Shown here: piece by piece, positions 37,601 to 50,600 of the stretch
Numbering within the stretch: the first letter of the stretch is position 1
How the letters are laid out: each line of letters starts with the position of its first letter
NCBI RefSeq assembly: GCF_028641065.1
Contig: NC_073409.1
Location: forward strand, 11,408,001-11,472,000
DNA: 64,000 nucleotides
Direction: 5' to 3'
Source of the DNA: Leucoraja erinacea
Lineage: Eukaryota
Position numbers and translations under genes: made by a program
Notes under the pieces: generated by a model
Told to the model about the DNA's origin: nothing
Seen by the model: only the letters and a program-made list of their open reading frames with translations
Database searches by the model: none

Positions 37601-40600
37601 TTATCCAGCTGCGACATGACTTCCTGACTTTTATTTGGGGCTCCCCTAAACAAATGTGCAGAGCTGTCCAACTTAGAAATGACTTTCACGGCGAGCTTGA
37701 AACTTACAAGAGAATGCTTGAGCAGACGCAGTAGAAGTTAACTGACTGCCATGAAATTCCGCAAATCCAGCATAAGAATTCACTGTCCTCAAATGATAGT
37801 CACCATGGTGGGCACCCTAATAAAGAAATGAGATATTAATAACATTCAATGAACCTCAATACAAAAGGTAGAGTGTGTGAGGGGTGTGGGGAGGAGAGTG
37901 AGAAAAGGAAGTACAAATCAGTGTACCAAATCATGAATGGCTCCCACAGTTATTTTCTGGTCTTTGAATTTCAGCACTCCTCCAGTTCCTAACTTTGGCA
38001 GCTCCAATACATCTTTGTGGCCTGAAATATTTACATTTGAGATGAACAGAATTTACTTTATGGTTGCTAATAAACTGACAATACAAAAGAAAATGTTAGT
38101 AAAATACATGCAAATTTGAAACGTTTCCGATCTGACCTCGCACACCTAATCCCTACCACCACAGGTACAATTGATTGCAAAGTAATTGGAAATTGATACT
38201 TAAAATAGCAAACACTTTTTTGATATAAAATGTATTTTACAATTAGTTTTAAATTTAATATTGTAAATTTGCATGCTTCAATCCGTATACCCTTTCTAAT
38301 TAAAGTAACTGATTTTTAATTCAAGACCAAGCAAAGGTCTTATCAATTCTATCTTATGGAAACCATTCAGATGTCAAATCTCGGGCCAGGTGGGGGATGG
38401 GGGAGGGAAAACCTTTTAAAATCTCTTACCCCGACGGATATGCGATTTTTATCTGTATCGCATCTCCGTCTGCACTGCGGCCTAACATCGAGGAGTTGGC
38501 GGCCTCTTGCTGGAAACCAACTTCGGGAGCTCCAACCACGGGAGCCTGCAGGACATACCATCGTGGAGCTCGCATTCTCTGGTTAGAGACTGACTTTGGG
38601 AGCTCCAAGCCGCAGGAGCTTCGACCGCCCGACGCGGGAGCTTTGATCGCCCCGACTTCAGATGGTTCCATTGCCCGACCACGGGAGAATAAAGAGGAAG
38701 AAGATTGGACTTTATTGCCTTCCATCAGTGAGGAATCCACTGTGGTGGATGTTTATTTTAACTTTTATGTAGTTGGGTGTCTTGTTGCTTTTTGTTTTGT
38801 ATGGCTGTATGGTAATTTGAGTTTCACTGTACCTTAATTGGTACATGTGACAAACTGATCTTTGAAACTTTGAAGGAAGGAAACATTCAGAATTGCTAAA
38901 AGCAAGCATGGGTTTGAGGTACAAATCTGAGACATTTTAAGAGGATGTGGAAGTGTTACTGAACTGGGTAAAACAGAATGGAACAGTAGTGCCTTTTTCA
39001 AGCAACATAGATATAGGAAAAAGGGCAATAAAACCAAGGAGAGTCCCAAGCAGTGCACCAACAGTGAAGTCACCTGCAACCAACAGAAGTCCCGTAAAGT
39101 TAGTGGTACAGGAGCTCAAACCTCTAAATTGGGTTTTGTTCCACAGGTCACTCAGATGTCCTGAACAGTTCCCAATATTGATATGTTGATTTTGCAATTC
39201 GATAGCCTGCATGAAGCAATCGTCCAAATTTCTTTGCTCTTTTCTGTATTTTTCATGGGTCTCTTTACTGGATATGGTGGCTGAAGTCAACTCGCCTGTT
39301 TGCAGAGGTCCATTCTTTTCGAATTGGTTCTCAAAGTAGTGCATGGCACTTGGGTCACATTCAGTGCTTCGGTCATTATTATTATCAGTGTCTGTGCTAC
39401 TCTCAGTATCAATGAATGCATGATTAAGATATCCTTCAGTCTCATAGCAAGGTGTAGTACGATTACTGCAACAGAAGCTGCAAGCAGGATGAGAAGGGCA
39501 GTAGCAAATTTCTTCAGGTAAAGCACAAACAACTTCACTATACTTACCAACAAAGGCCCCAAATTCAATAGAACTCCCGTCAGCATCTACACCAGTTTTA
39601 ATTGAATCGACCGAATCTGGCACAAGCTCCAATTGACTTGAACCGCTTGGCTGAGATGGGGTACTAACAAAAAATTTGGCAGATGGGGAGGAGAGATTTG
39701 GTATGCTATGGAATGACTGTCCTGGTTTCTGGTCATTGGTCAAAGACTGAGTTTTCCCAAGGCCAACATGGCTTCTATGCCTAAGTTCAGAGAGCTCTGC
39801 TGCTTTTGGTAATAAGGCACAGCCGGAGGAACCAGCCTCTTGAAAATTCTGTTCATTTTGTTGGGAACCTGGAAGTAATTCCTGACCAAATTTTCTGCAC
39901 ACCTCCTTTGGGGAAGAGTTAACATATTCTTGAAGAAAACCATCCGTACAGATAGAATTGCCAGTGTTAATTCCTCGCTGAGGAAAAGAAGAGCCAAAAT
40001 ATCTTCCAATGCTGTGCTTCTTCAACGAAGTTTTAAGTGGGACATCAGAAACATTTTCTCCCAGATTTTTTGAAATGCTGAGTTCACGAGTAATTTCATT
40101 GTGCACCTCTGTGGCCTCCGAAGCTTTTTGAGCAGTCAGTGCTTTCAATGTATCCACTGTAAGAGCTGACAAGTCCTGCAAGTGCCCTATTTGACTGTCC
40201 AATGTTTGCAATGAACGCTTTATATAATTTACTCGATCACCTACTTCTTTTAATTGGATGGACATATTTTCAACTCTAAATAGAAAAGAGAAGAAAAGTC
40301 TTCATTACTTCACATTAAATAAATGAAGATCACAAAATGTCTCGGATATACAAACTGTATTTATACGGCACAATTTCCCCAAAAATATCTTGCAAGATTA
40401 ATAAATGGACACCAAATCAAAAGGGCTAGTGTTAGAAGTGGAGGCAAAGCTTGGTCTAAGAGGATTTAAATAGTCTAAAAGTAGTGAAATGGTGTGGTAG
40501 GGGTGGTGATAGATGGTAGTTCAGGCATAGAATTCTAGAGCCTTAGGCCTAGGTGAGTGAATGCATAAATAATAGTGGGACAAAGAACAAGAGTTATACA

Positions 40601-43600
40601 ACGCCAAAGGCGTTTCAATGGGAGGCCTGGGAAGTGTGGAGATGGGGTTTCATAGAGATAAAGATGGCAATGACCAAATCATTCAAACACTGACATCTTC
40701 ACCTTGAGTGTATCAGCAAGAACACGAACAGTAGATGAGCAGGATATGGCAAGGGCAGAGATGTCGCTGGTTTGAGTTGGTTTATAGAGACAGAGAGTAT
40801 GCCAAGTGGATAGCTATATCCATAAGATGGGCTATAATAAGAGAGGTGACTTAAGAAAAGGAAGGAAGCTTGGAATGTGTCAATGATGGTACAAGGTCAA
40901 TAGCTCAAGTTATGTTTAAGTATAAACCTTATGTGTCATCTGGTTCAACAAGCAATGGTAAGAAGGGGAGATGATTCAGTGGCGAGCCTCAAAGACGATA
41001 GATTCCCAGCACCTAACTGGAAAACTTAATAATTCCTTGTTCTAGTATTCCACAAGTGTACGCCACATTACCAAATATGATGATTAGTTTCATTTAAGAG
41101 GGTAAATAAACTCCAGCATCTTGTTTTTTTAATTGCTACTTAACATTAAAAGCACAAACTGCAGTGTCAGGAAATCATACCAGTTAAATTCTCAATATTA
41201 TGTCTGCTGCTTATAACTGTGTGTACAACAAAAGAACACCAAATGGGAATCAAAACATCAAAACAGGATATAGGACTTTTAGATAGTAAATAAAAATCAA
41301 TTATGAAGCAAAAATATCTTTCAACTATGGGCTTCAACTTTTGAATCCTTCAGGTGGGACATTACGATAGCTTTGAGAAAACAGTTTTGTTGTATGTAGT
41401 TGAAGATACCATTTATTTCAGCAAGTTAAACTTCAACTGGATACAACTTTTAAAGTAGTTTGAATCGAACTACATTTCAACAACAATGCATTATTGCACT
41501 GGATGATGTGTGCGATCAGATGAGCAGCCAGCTTGCGGATGACACTAAGCTGGGGGGCAGTGTTAGCTGTGAGGAGGATTCTAGGAGGCTGCAAGGTGAC
41601 TTGGGTAGGCTGGGTGAGTGGGCAAATGCACGGCAGATGCAGTATAATGTGGATAAATGTGAGGTTATCCATTTTGGTGGCAAAAACAGGAAAGCAGACT
41701 ATTATCTAAATGGTGGCCGACTAGGAAAAGGGGAGATGCAGCGAGACCTGGGTGTCATGGTACACCAGTCATTAAAAGTAGGCATGCAGGTGCAGCAGGC
41801 AGTGAAGAAGGCGAATGGTATGTTAGCATTCATAGCAAAAGGATTTGTGTATAGGAGCTGGGAGGTCCTACTGCAGTTGTACAGGGTCTTGGTGAGACCA
41901 CACCTGGAGTATTGCGTACAGTTTTGGTCTCCTAATCTGAGGAAAGACATTCTTGCCATAGAGGGAGTACAGAGAAGGTTCACCAGACTGATTCCTGGGA
42001 TGTCAGGACTTTCATATGAAGAAAGACTGGATAGACTCGGTTTGTACTCGCTAGAATTTAGAAGATTGAGGGGAGATCTTATAGAAACTTACAAAATTCT
42101 TAAGGGGTTGGACAGGCTAGATGCAGGAAGATTGTTCCCGATGTTGGGGAAGTCCAGAACAAGGGGTCACAGTTTAAGGATAAGGGGGAAATCTTTTAGG
42201 ACCGAGATGAGGAAAACATTTTTCACATAGAGAGTGGTGAATCTCTGGAATTCTCTGCCGCAGAAGGTAGTTGAGGCCAGTTAATTGGCTATATTTAAGA
42301 GGGAGTTAGATGTGGCCCTTGTAGCTAAAGGGATCAGGGGTTATGGAGAGAAGGCAGGTACAGGATACCGAGTTGGATGATCAGCCATGATCATATCGAA
42401 GGGCCGAATGGCCTACTCCTGCACCTATTTTTCTATGTTTCTATGTTTACCTGTGCCAGTAGTTCTAATGAAACAGTTGGCGTTCAGGCAATGAAACACA
42501 TCCCAAACTAGTGTGTGCAAACTGTGTAGGAAATAACTGCAGATGCAGAACTCTCGACCCGAAACATCACCCATTCCTTCTCTCCAGAGATAATAATAAT
42601 AATAATAATATTTATTTATATAGCACTTTTCAACAAAACCAGTATTTGAACCAAAGTGCTTTACAGAGATTGATTAAATTAATTGAACAGATCAATGCAA
42701 TAAATCCATACAAATCAAAAAAGAGAAAAAAGAGAAAAAGAAAAAAGACACAGAAACAGTACACTATAGAAATCAACATGAAACGTCCCCCCACAGCAGA
42801 ATTCACTGTGAGGGAAGGCACCAAAAATATCCAGTTCTCCCCCTCATAGTCCACCCGAGGTCGGGGCCTATATCTGGCCTCCTCAGCCAGCCCGGTGTCT
42901 TCAGGCCCTCCTGCCGTGAAGCTGGACCATCGGCGTCGGTGAACATCCATCAGCGGCCAGGACTGAAGCGGCCGCTTCCCCCCCGAAGACTGCAACGACC
43001 AAAGTTCACAGGCGCGCTGGCCGAACCCCCGACACTGGCGATCTCGGATCCCAGGCTTCGCGGTGCTGTCGACGGTCACAGTGCCCCGGAGATTACCGCA
43101 AGGCGACCCGGTAAGGCATCGCCCGCTCCTTGTAGATGTCCCAGCATCTACACCGCCGTCGAAGCTGCAGTCCCCGTAGGAAACGCCGCTCAGCGCTGCT
43201 CCAGTTCGACTAGGCCGCACAGAGAGGACGAAGATGCGGTTCGGAGAAAAACCGCATCTCCGACCAGGTAGGACTGGGGTTAAAAATAATTTCCCCCTTC
43301 CCCTCCCCCACCCACCACATAAAAGAAGACCTCCAATAAACACCTGATATGAACAGGACTAAAAATAAAAATAAATAAGGGTGAAAGGACGGACAGCAGG
43401 AGGAGCGGCCATACACAACGGCGCATCACCCCCGCAGTCCGCCATCTTGAAAAAAAGATGCTGCCTGTCCCGCTGAGTTACTCCAGCATTTTGTGTCTAC
43501 CGAGTTTGTGCAAACTCCGTGACTCACTATTTATACTGCCTAACTTTATATGCAATCCAATGCTGGGATCTAGTCGGTGGAGGGGCAGAAAGAAGGAATC

Positions 43601-46600
43601 GCGTTGATCTTGTCACACCTTGTTCATTATCAAAGGATAAATTATTTCAAAATCGACTGTTAAACAAAGGAATAGAGACCAGTGGGAAAATAAGTTATTT
43701 TAAATTTTGCTCCTCTCCATGGTTTTTATTTATTGGGAAATATACTTTGGCTTTGTCAACTGTTTTTTGCTTCTGTCTGCTTAATTTTAAGAACTTTTTT
43801 ATTTTCTATGAATATCAGAGACATTCAGAGCCTATTGAAACCATTGCAAAATGTTAGATTTGGCAAAGCTTCATCCTCAGCATTGCTGGCCATCAGGGAT
43901 ACTGCCTTTGCATCATGCAGCTTGAGGTCCCATATTTCAGACCATACTGCTGGATTCCAGAGGGCCTGTGAGACAACCGGGCCAATAGGGGTCAGGGCCA
44001 CCCAAGACACGATTCTGGGCTAGATCTGTAACAAGTTTTAAAATTGTCCTAATCTCCCAGTTACAGAGACAATTAAAGAACCTGTGCTATTTGTACAGAC
44101 CAAGCCACGAAACACTTCAAAATGGATTACTTGATCTTCTTGTTCTTTTGGGCAAAACGACAGCTAAATTTGACAAAATATTAGTAATTGCAGACTATGA
44201 TACGTCAGTTAGCTGCAGAAGATCAAATTGAATCAAAACCAGTTTTAAAACAACTAAATATGGTACTTTAGTTCTTTAAAAAAGACACTACCTTTCAGAA
44301 GTCACTCGAATTCGTTCCTCACTACCTGAATGAAACCGATCCTCTTTTTCATGGAAATATTTGTCCACACATTGCTCTTCAAAGTCATGCAATTTTTTCT
44401 GGTCATCCTCACTTACAAACAGTTCTGTAAGACACAAGATCGAGGGAAATGTGTAATTTGTTGAGACAATTTTGACAAAAGAAAGCAACAAATTTATTCA
44501 TCTAAAAACTCTGAAAATCCTACAGCATATAAATCTGAGCATCTGTGGCCTTATAATCATTGAATATGTTAAATTCCAGATTAATAGGCAAAGATTGCAG
44601 GCATTCCAACAAATGCAAAGAAGCAAGAGTTTTGTTTTGAATAAAGGCAAATGTGAAAAGATCTATGAAAATACCAATTATAAAGAATACAATTCTGCAA
44701 TGAAGAGATACCGAACAAAAATAGTGCAATCAACCTGAAACAGACAAAAGAGGGACGAGAATTTAAAGTGCCAAAATTTGTATGTAGCTTGTTATTACAA
44801 AAAGTCAAATGTGGACTTTTAATCTCTTTAATAAAATCAACTTCACTTAACAGAAAACATTATGATGCCAACTAGCATATGCAAGAAATCATGCAACTGT
44901 AGATCACAAAATAATAATTTTAGCAACTGACATCCTGAATACATCCGTAGACAAAAATGCTGGAGAAACTCAGCGGGTGAGGCAGCATCTATGGAGCGAA
45001 GGAAAAAGGCAACTTTTCGGGTCGAAACCCTTCTTCAGACTGATGTGAGGGTGGGGAGAGGGGGAAGAAGAAAGGAAGAGGTGGAGCCAGTAGGCTGAAG
45101 GAGAGCTGTGAAGGGGAGGAGAAAGTAAGGACTACCTGAAATTAGAGAAGTCAATGTTCATACCGCTGGGGTGCAAACTGCCCAAGCGAAATATGAGGTG
45201 CTGCTCCTCCAATTTACGGTGGTCCGCACATTCAGAATTGATGTCCTCATTCTTCAGGGAACAGGGGTACCCCTCTTCCTCCTATAGATGAGGCTCTCAC
45301 CAGGGTCTCTTCCATACACCGTGACTCTGCTCTAACACCCCCCCCCCCCCCCACCCCCCACTCGTAACAAGGACAGAGTCCCCCTTATCCTCACCTTCCA
45401 CCCTACCAGCCGTCACATACAACGAATAATCCTCCGACATTTTCGCCACCTCCAACATGAAGCCACATCTTCCCATCTCCTCCCGTCTGCTTTCCGCAGA
45501 GACCGCTCCCTCCGTAACTCCCTGGTCAATTCGTCCCTTCCCATCCGGGCACTTTCCCTTGCTACCGCAGGAAATGCTACACTTGTTGTTTTACCTCCCC
45601 CCTTGACTCCATTCAAGGACCCAAGCAGTCTTTCCAGGTGCGGCAGAGGTTCACCTGCACCTCCTCCAACCTCATCTATTGCTTCCGCTGCTCTAGATGT
45701 CAGCTGCTCTACATCAGTGAGACCAAGCGTAGGCTTGGCGATCGCTTCGCCGAACACCTCAGCTCGGTTCACAATAACCAACCTGATCTCCCGTTGGCTC
45801 AGCACCTCAACTCCCCCTCCCATTCTGAATCCGACCTTTCTGTCCTAGGCCTCCTCCATGGCCAGAGTGAGGACCACTGTAAATTGGAGGAGCAGCACCT
45901 CATATTTCGCTTGGGCAGTTTGCACCCCAGCGGTATGAACATTGACTTCTCTAATTTCAGGTAGTCCCTACTTTCTCCTCTCCCTCAGCCCACTGGCTCC
46001 ACTTCTTCCTTTTTTCTCCCACCCCCCACCCCCACATCAGTCTGAAAAAGGGTTTCGAACCGAAACGTTGCCTATTTCCTTCACTCCACAGATGCGGCCT
46101 TACCCGCTGAGTTTCTCCAGCATCTTCAGTTCCTTCTTAAACATCCTGAATACACTGCTTACTTGGCCCGCCTTGACCTCTGTCATGTTTCTTTCCTCGA
46201 CGGCAAATGTTAGAGATCATTAAAGCAAAGTGGCTGAGGATGATGAGAGGTGGCGGTAGCACAGGTTTTTCATGATATGCCATGATAAAATGGTACCGTT
46301 GATATTTCCATACAATGTTTGAAATGGCCTTCACTTGGAAATACACATTGCTAAAAAGAAAAATAGAAAATGTATTACCACACTATGGTTTTATTAGTTT
46401 TACTGTACATTGTGATCATTTTAAATGATTGAAAAAAGATTTAGGCCATTTTACAAAGTTTAATTGATAGAAATTGTTTTCTCAAAATATTTAAAACGCA
46501 TTAATTACTGAGCGCTGAAATCTTATTGACTGATTAATGTTGGTGTTCAAGTTATATTTTCTAATCAAACATATGAAGGGTGCAATCTCTTCCTGTTCCT

Positions 46601-47556
46601 TAGGTGACTCTGCCTTCAGCTCCTTAGTTTGCTCTCCAGAATTTTTTCCATAAACCTTTCACACCGTAGCTCTGAGATCACATCTGTTTGACCAAATGCA
46701 AAGTCAATCCAAACTCTCCTTTTTGACTCAATGCCAATTTTCCCTCTTTAAGGGCTTATTTGCATTAAAAGGTTGCCAAAATAAAAACAAGTTGTTGCAA
46801 GTATTTTGCGCTGCACTACCATGACGAACAAGTTGTATTCATTTCGGAAGTTCAAGAAAAGCTCCATTTATGAAAGTAACAAGGTTTAGCCAAAAGGTTT
46901 GCTGAAAAAGTAGGCTTCAAGGGGGCCTTAGTGAATCGGAAAACAAAAGGAATTGAAGGACAGAATTACGGGGTGGGAATAATGACAGCCAATTAAAAAG
47001 CTATTAACAGCAAGGTGAAGAGTAAATCTCAAACTGCACTGCCTCTGTTGTACATTGCTATTGTACTTAGGCTGTGCTTGTGCCCCCTGGTTCCCACAGA
47101 ATTTAGATAATATACAAAACTGACACAATGTGCCCTTTTAATTAACTGTGTAACTGGAAGCAAGAATATACTCACTTGAAAAAGGCAATGAGAAGATTCA
47201 CCATGAGAATATACTGTACAAAGAGGTAGACGGCTTGTAAAAATGGCGTTATCCAATATCCAATGACACAGCGTTGCCTTGCACCTTCTTCAGTGTTGTT
47301 GGCACAGGCTTTATGTAGAAAGGAAATGCAAGGCTGACTAATATGGATTAATTGGAGACATAACAAGTGCTTTCTTTACATAAAGCTCTTCCAGCTAATG
47401 CAAACTTAAATGTTAATAGACAGCTGTACATTGTACAGTGTGGAAGCCCAAAGGATTTGCAATACAAAAAAACAAATATCCTGCAAAAACTGCCATCTTC
47501 ATCTGAGACTAACAATTGGCAATAGTGCTTTTCATCTCAAAAGGTCAACTTGTTTA

Positions 47557-47603
<47 letters not shown>

Positions 47604-50600
47604 CGTGCCGTCCTTTTTGGATCCGTTTGTTTTCTTCATTTACACATAAATGTGTTCTGCTAATTTGACTCCCAGCATTCTTGGTTTAGGCACACCTATT
47701 CCTTTTCTCACTTGGAAAATAATTGGACGCTCCACTTTCCCTTGAAGAACTAAGTTTTGCAATTACAGCGATGCAATCTAACAATTCCTCAGGTCCTGAT
47801 GGATTTCCAATAGAGTTTCTAAAGACATTTATTGATGCTTTTGTTGATGTTCAATGAACCTTTGGAAAATGGTTTGTTACCTCCCATACTGACTCAAGCG
47901 TCGATATTTCTTCTTTTAGATGAAGATAAAGACCCTACTTCCTGTGATTCTTATAAACCTCTGTCTTTTTTGAATGCTGATGTAAAGGTTTTGGCCAAAA
48001 TTATTGCTCTCCGTCTAGAGAGGGTTTTGTCTAGTATATTTCTGAGGAACAGAATGGCTTTATTAAGGACGCCATTTATTTCTCAACACTCGTGCTCTTT
48101 TAAATATTATTCGATCAACACATTCTGATAATTTCCCTGAGATTGTAATTTAATTAGATGCTGAGAAGGCATTCGATAGGGTTGAGTGGGGGTGTTTTTG
48201 CGGTGTTGAAGAAATTTGGTTTTGGAGATAAATTTATCAGTTGGGTAAGATTACTATTCGCATCGCCACATCGTCATTCATAAAATACGTTGTTAGGTTG
48301 ATTTTCCTTATTTAGCGGTGCGAACTGGAAGCCCGCTCTTGCCCTCCTTCATCCTCTATATCTGCTCTTATATATTCCTCTCTTCCAACCAAGATTTAAT
48401 TGTTTATCAACAATCCTGTTGTGCTTAATACTTAAAAGATTTGGTATCAATTCAGGAAAAATTTCAAATTTGTAGCTGCATCTCCCTTAGGTCCATAATG
48501 TTACAATCACCTGTTTCCTCCCTCGCATTTGGATTCTATTTTTTTGATAACAAAAGTATACATTTTTTCTTGATCTGATTTCAGATGCTATTTTTAACAG
48601 CTTTACCAATTTACCATCATTGTATGGATTACCAGCAAATCATTTTTTTAGGTACTTCCAAGTTAGACACTTTGTTTCTAAATGTTTTTCTAATTTTCCC
48701 TCTTCACCTCCATGACAAATATGGGATAGTTTGTTTACTTTCAAGACACAACAAAGAGGGATTGTTTCAGAGATGTATAACTGCATTCTGGATCTTTGCG
48801 ATCAGTCCAACTCTAAAACAAGGGCTGCTTGGGTTGAAGAGCTGGGACTTCAACTTACTGAGGAGTAGTGGGATAACGTTGTGGATGGGCTGTGTACCGT
48901 CACGTCTTGTGCTCGTCTTGCACTCATTCAGTTTAAGGTTATTCACAGGGTCCATTTTTCTAAATCAAGACTGTCTGGGATTTATGCAGAGGTGGAGGAT
49001 AAATGTGTTAGATGTTCGGGCCCACACTGTCATCTGAGCCATATGTTTTTTCTTTGTCCACGATGACATCATTTTTGGTCCGGCTACTTTAATATAGTGT
49101 CTACCACAATGGGAATACCTCTACAGCCCTGTCCATTGATTGCCATCTTTGGGGCCCTGGATGAGTCAGGTCAATTAAACTCTGTGCAAAAAGAAATTAT
49201 TAATTTTACATCTTTAATAGCCTGACGTCGCCTACTCCTACAGTGGAAATCCCCTAACTCCGCCAGTGGCTCAAAGATGTAGTGTTTTTTCTTAAACTTG
49301 AGAAAATTAAATATACATTGAGGGGATGTACTAATAATTTTTTTACACAAATTGCAACCTTTTTTTATCATACTTTACAGACTTGCAGGTTCTGCCAGAC
49401 TAAGGGCTGATTTGTTAATTCCCTCTTAATTAGCCAGAGTGGGGTGGGTGGGGTGTGTGACTGATGGTATGGTTGCATTATATATATATATAATTTTAAA
49501 AATATATATTTCTTTTATGTTTCTGTATATTTTTGTATGTTTCTTTTGTGTATTATTTGAATGTTTCTTATTAACATGTCCCTTTTCTTTTTTGTGTTGA
49601 TTTATTTTAAATGAAAAACTAAAAATTAAAAAAAAAAAAACATCATTCACTTCAGAGGGTTGATGGATTTTGTTCTAGAGATTTGAAAACAGTTTTTTGC
49701 CATTTATTTTTAATCAACAATTCTGAAAAAAACTGGCAAACACGCCCGATAGAATTTATGGCTTCAGCTTTTCATAGGTATCAACAAAAGGGAGCTAATA
49801 TATAAAAGCAATGTTTTTCTCTTCAACTCTTTATAGAATCCTTGTTAAATCTCTGAGCTGCAATGAAAATATATCAGTTCTGGGCGAGAATACAATTTAT
49901 CAGATAACACCCTTAAAAACCATATATGTGGCAAAAGTTCAATTAGATACCAGACTCTACTACTGTTGGGCAAAGCCCGAAGATCCACACCACCAGGGTT
50001 TAGAACATAATTAGAAAACCAAGCCCATGGTAGAGCAAGAAATTAATTTTAGGTTGTACCATACATGTAGAACTTATGTAGGATGGAATGTAAATTTCCA
50101 TTTGGAAAGCTCCCGAATACCAATACACTTGCTGATTTTTGCATATTACCTTTCATTCCCTAAGTGAGATTTTTTTTGCCATATACTTAAATAACAATGG
50201 TTCTCATTGACTTGTTTGCCCTGAAAGGGGCATCAGATCAGAACTAAATTCTGGAGAATATTTATTTATCTGCTGTCAACTTCTTAACATCATAAACAAC
50301 TCATGCAATTACTTGGAGGTAGACAAAAATGCTGGAGAAACTCAGCGGGTGAGGCAGCATCTATGGAGCCAAGGAAATAGGCAACGTTTCAGGTCGAAAT
50401 CCTTCTTCAGCTCCATAGGTGCTGCCCCACCCGCTGAATTTCTCCAGCATTTTTGTCTACATTCGATTTTCCAGCATCTGCAGTTCCTTCTTATACATTT
50501 CATGCAATTACTTGTTATGAGTGCTACACTAAGGTAAACCTGTGGAGATGAGAGATTTTGAATCAATTCTTTGATAAGAGGTTCAGCATAAGGATCATAG

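Noticed and set aside
42630-43343. 237-aa GC-rich ORF
   Set aside because: Lies entirely within a non-autonomous retroposon, has no domain, and several frames are open because of high GC.
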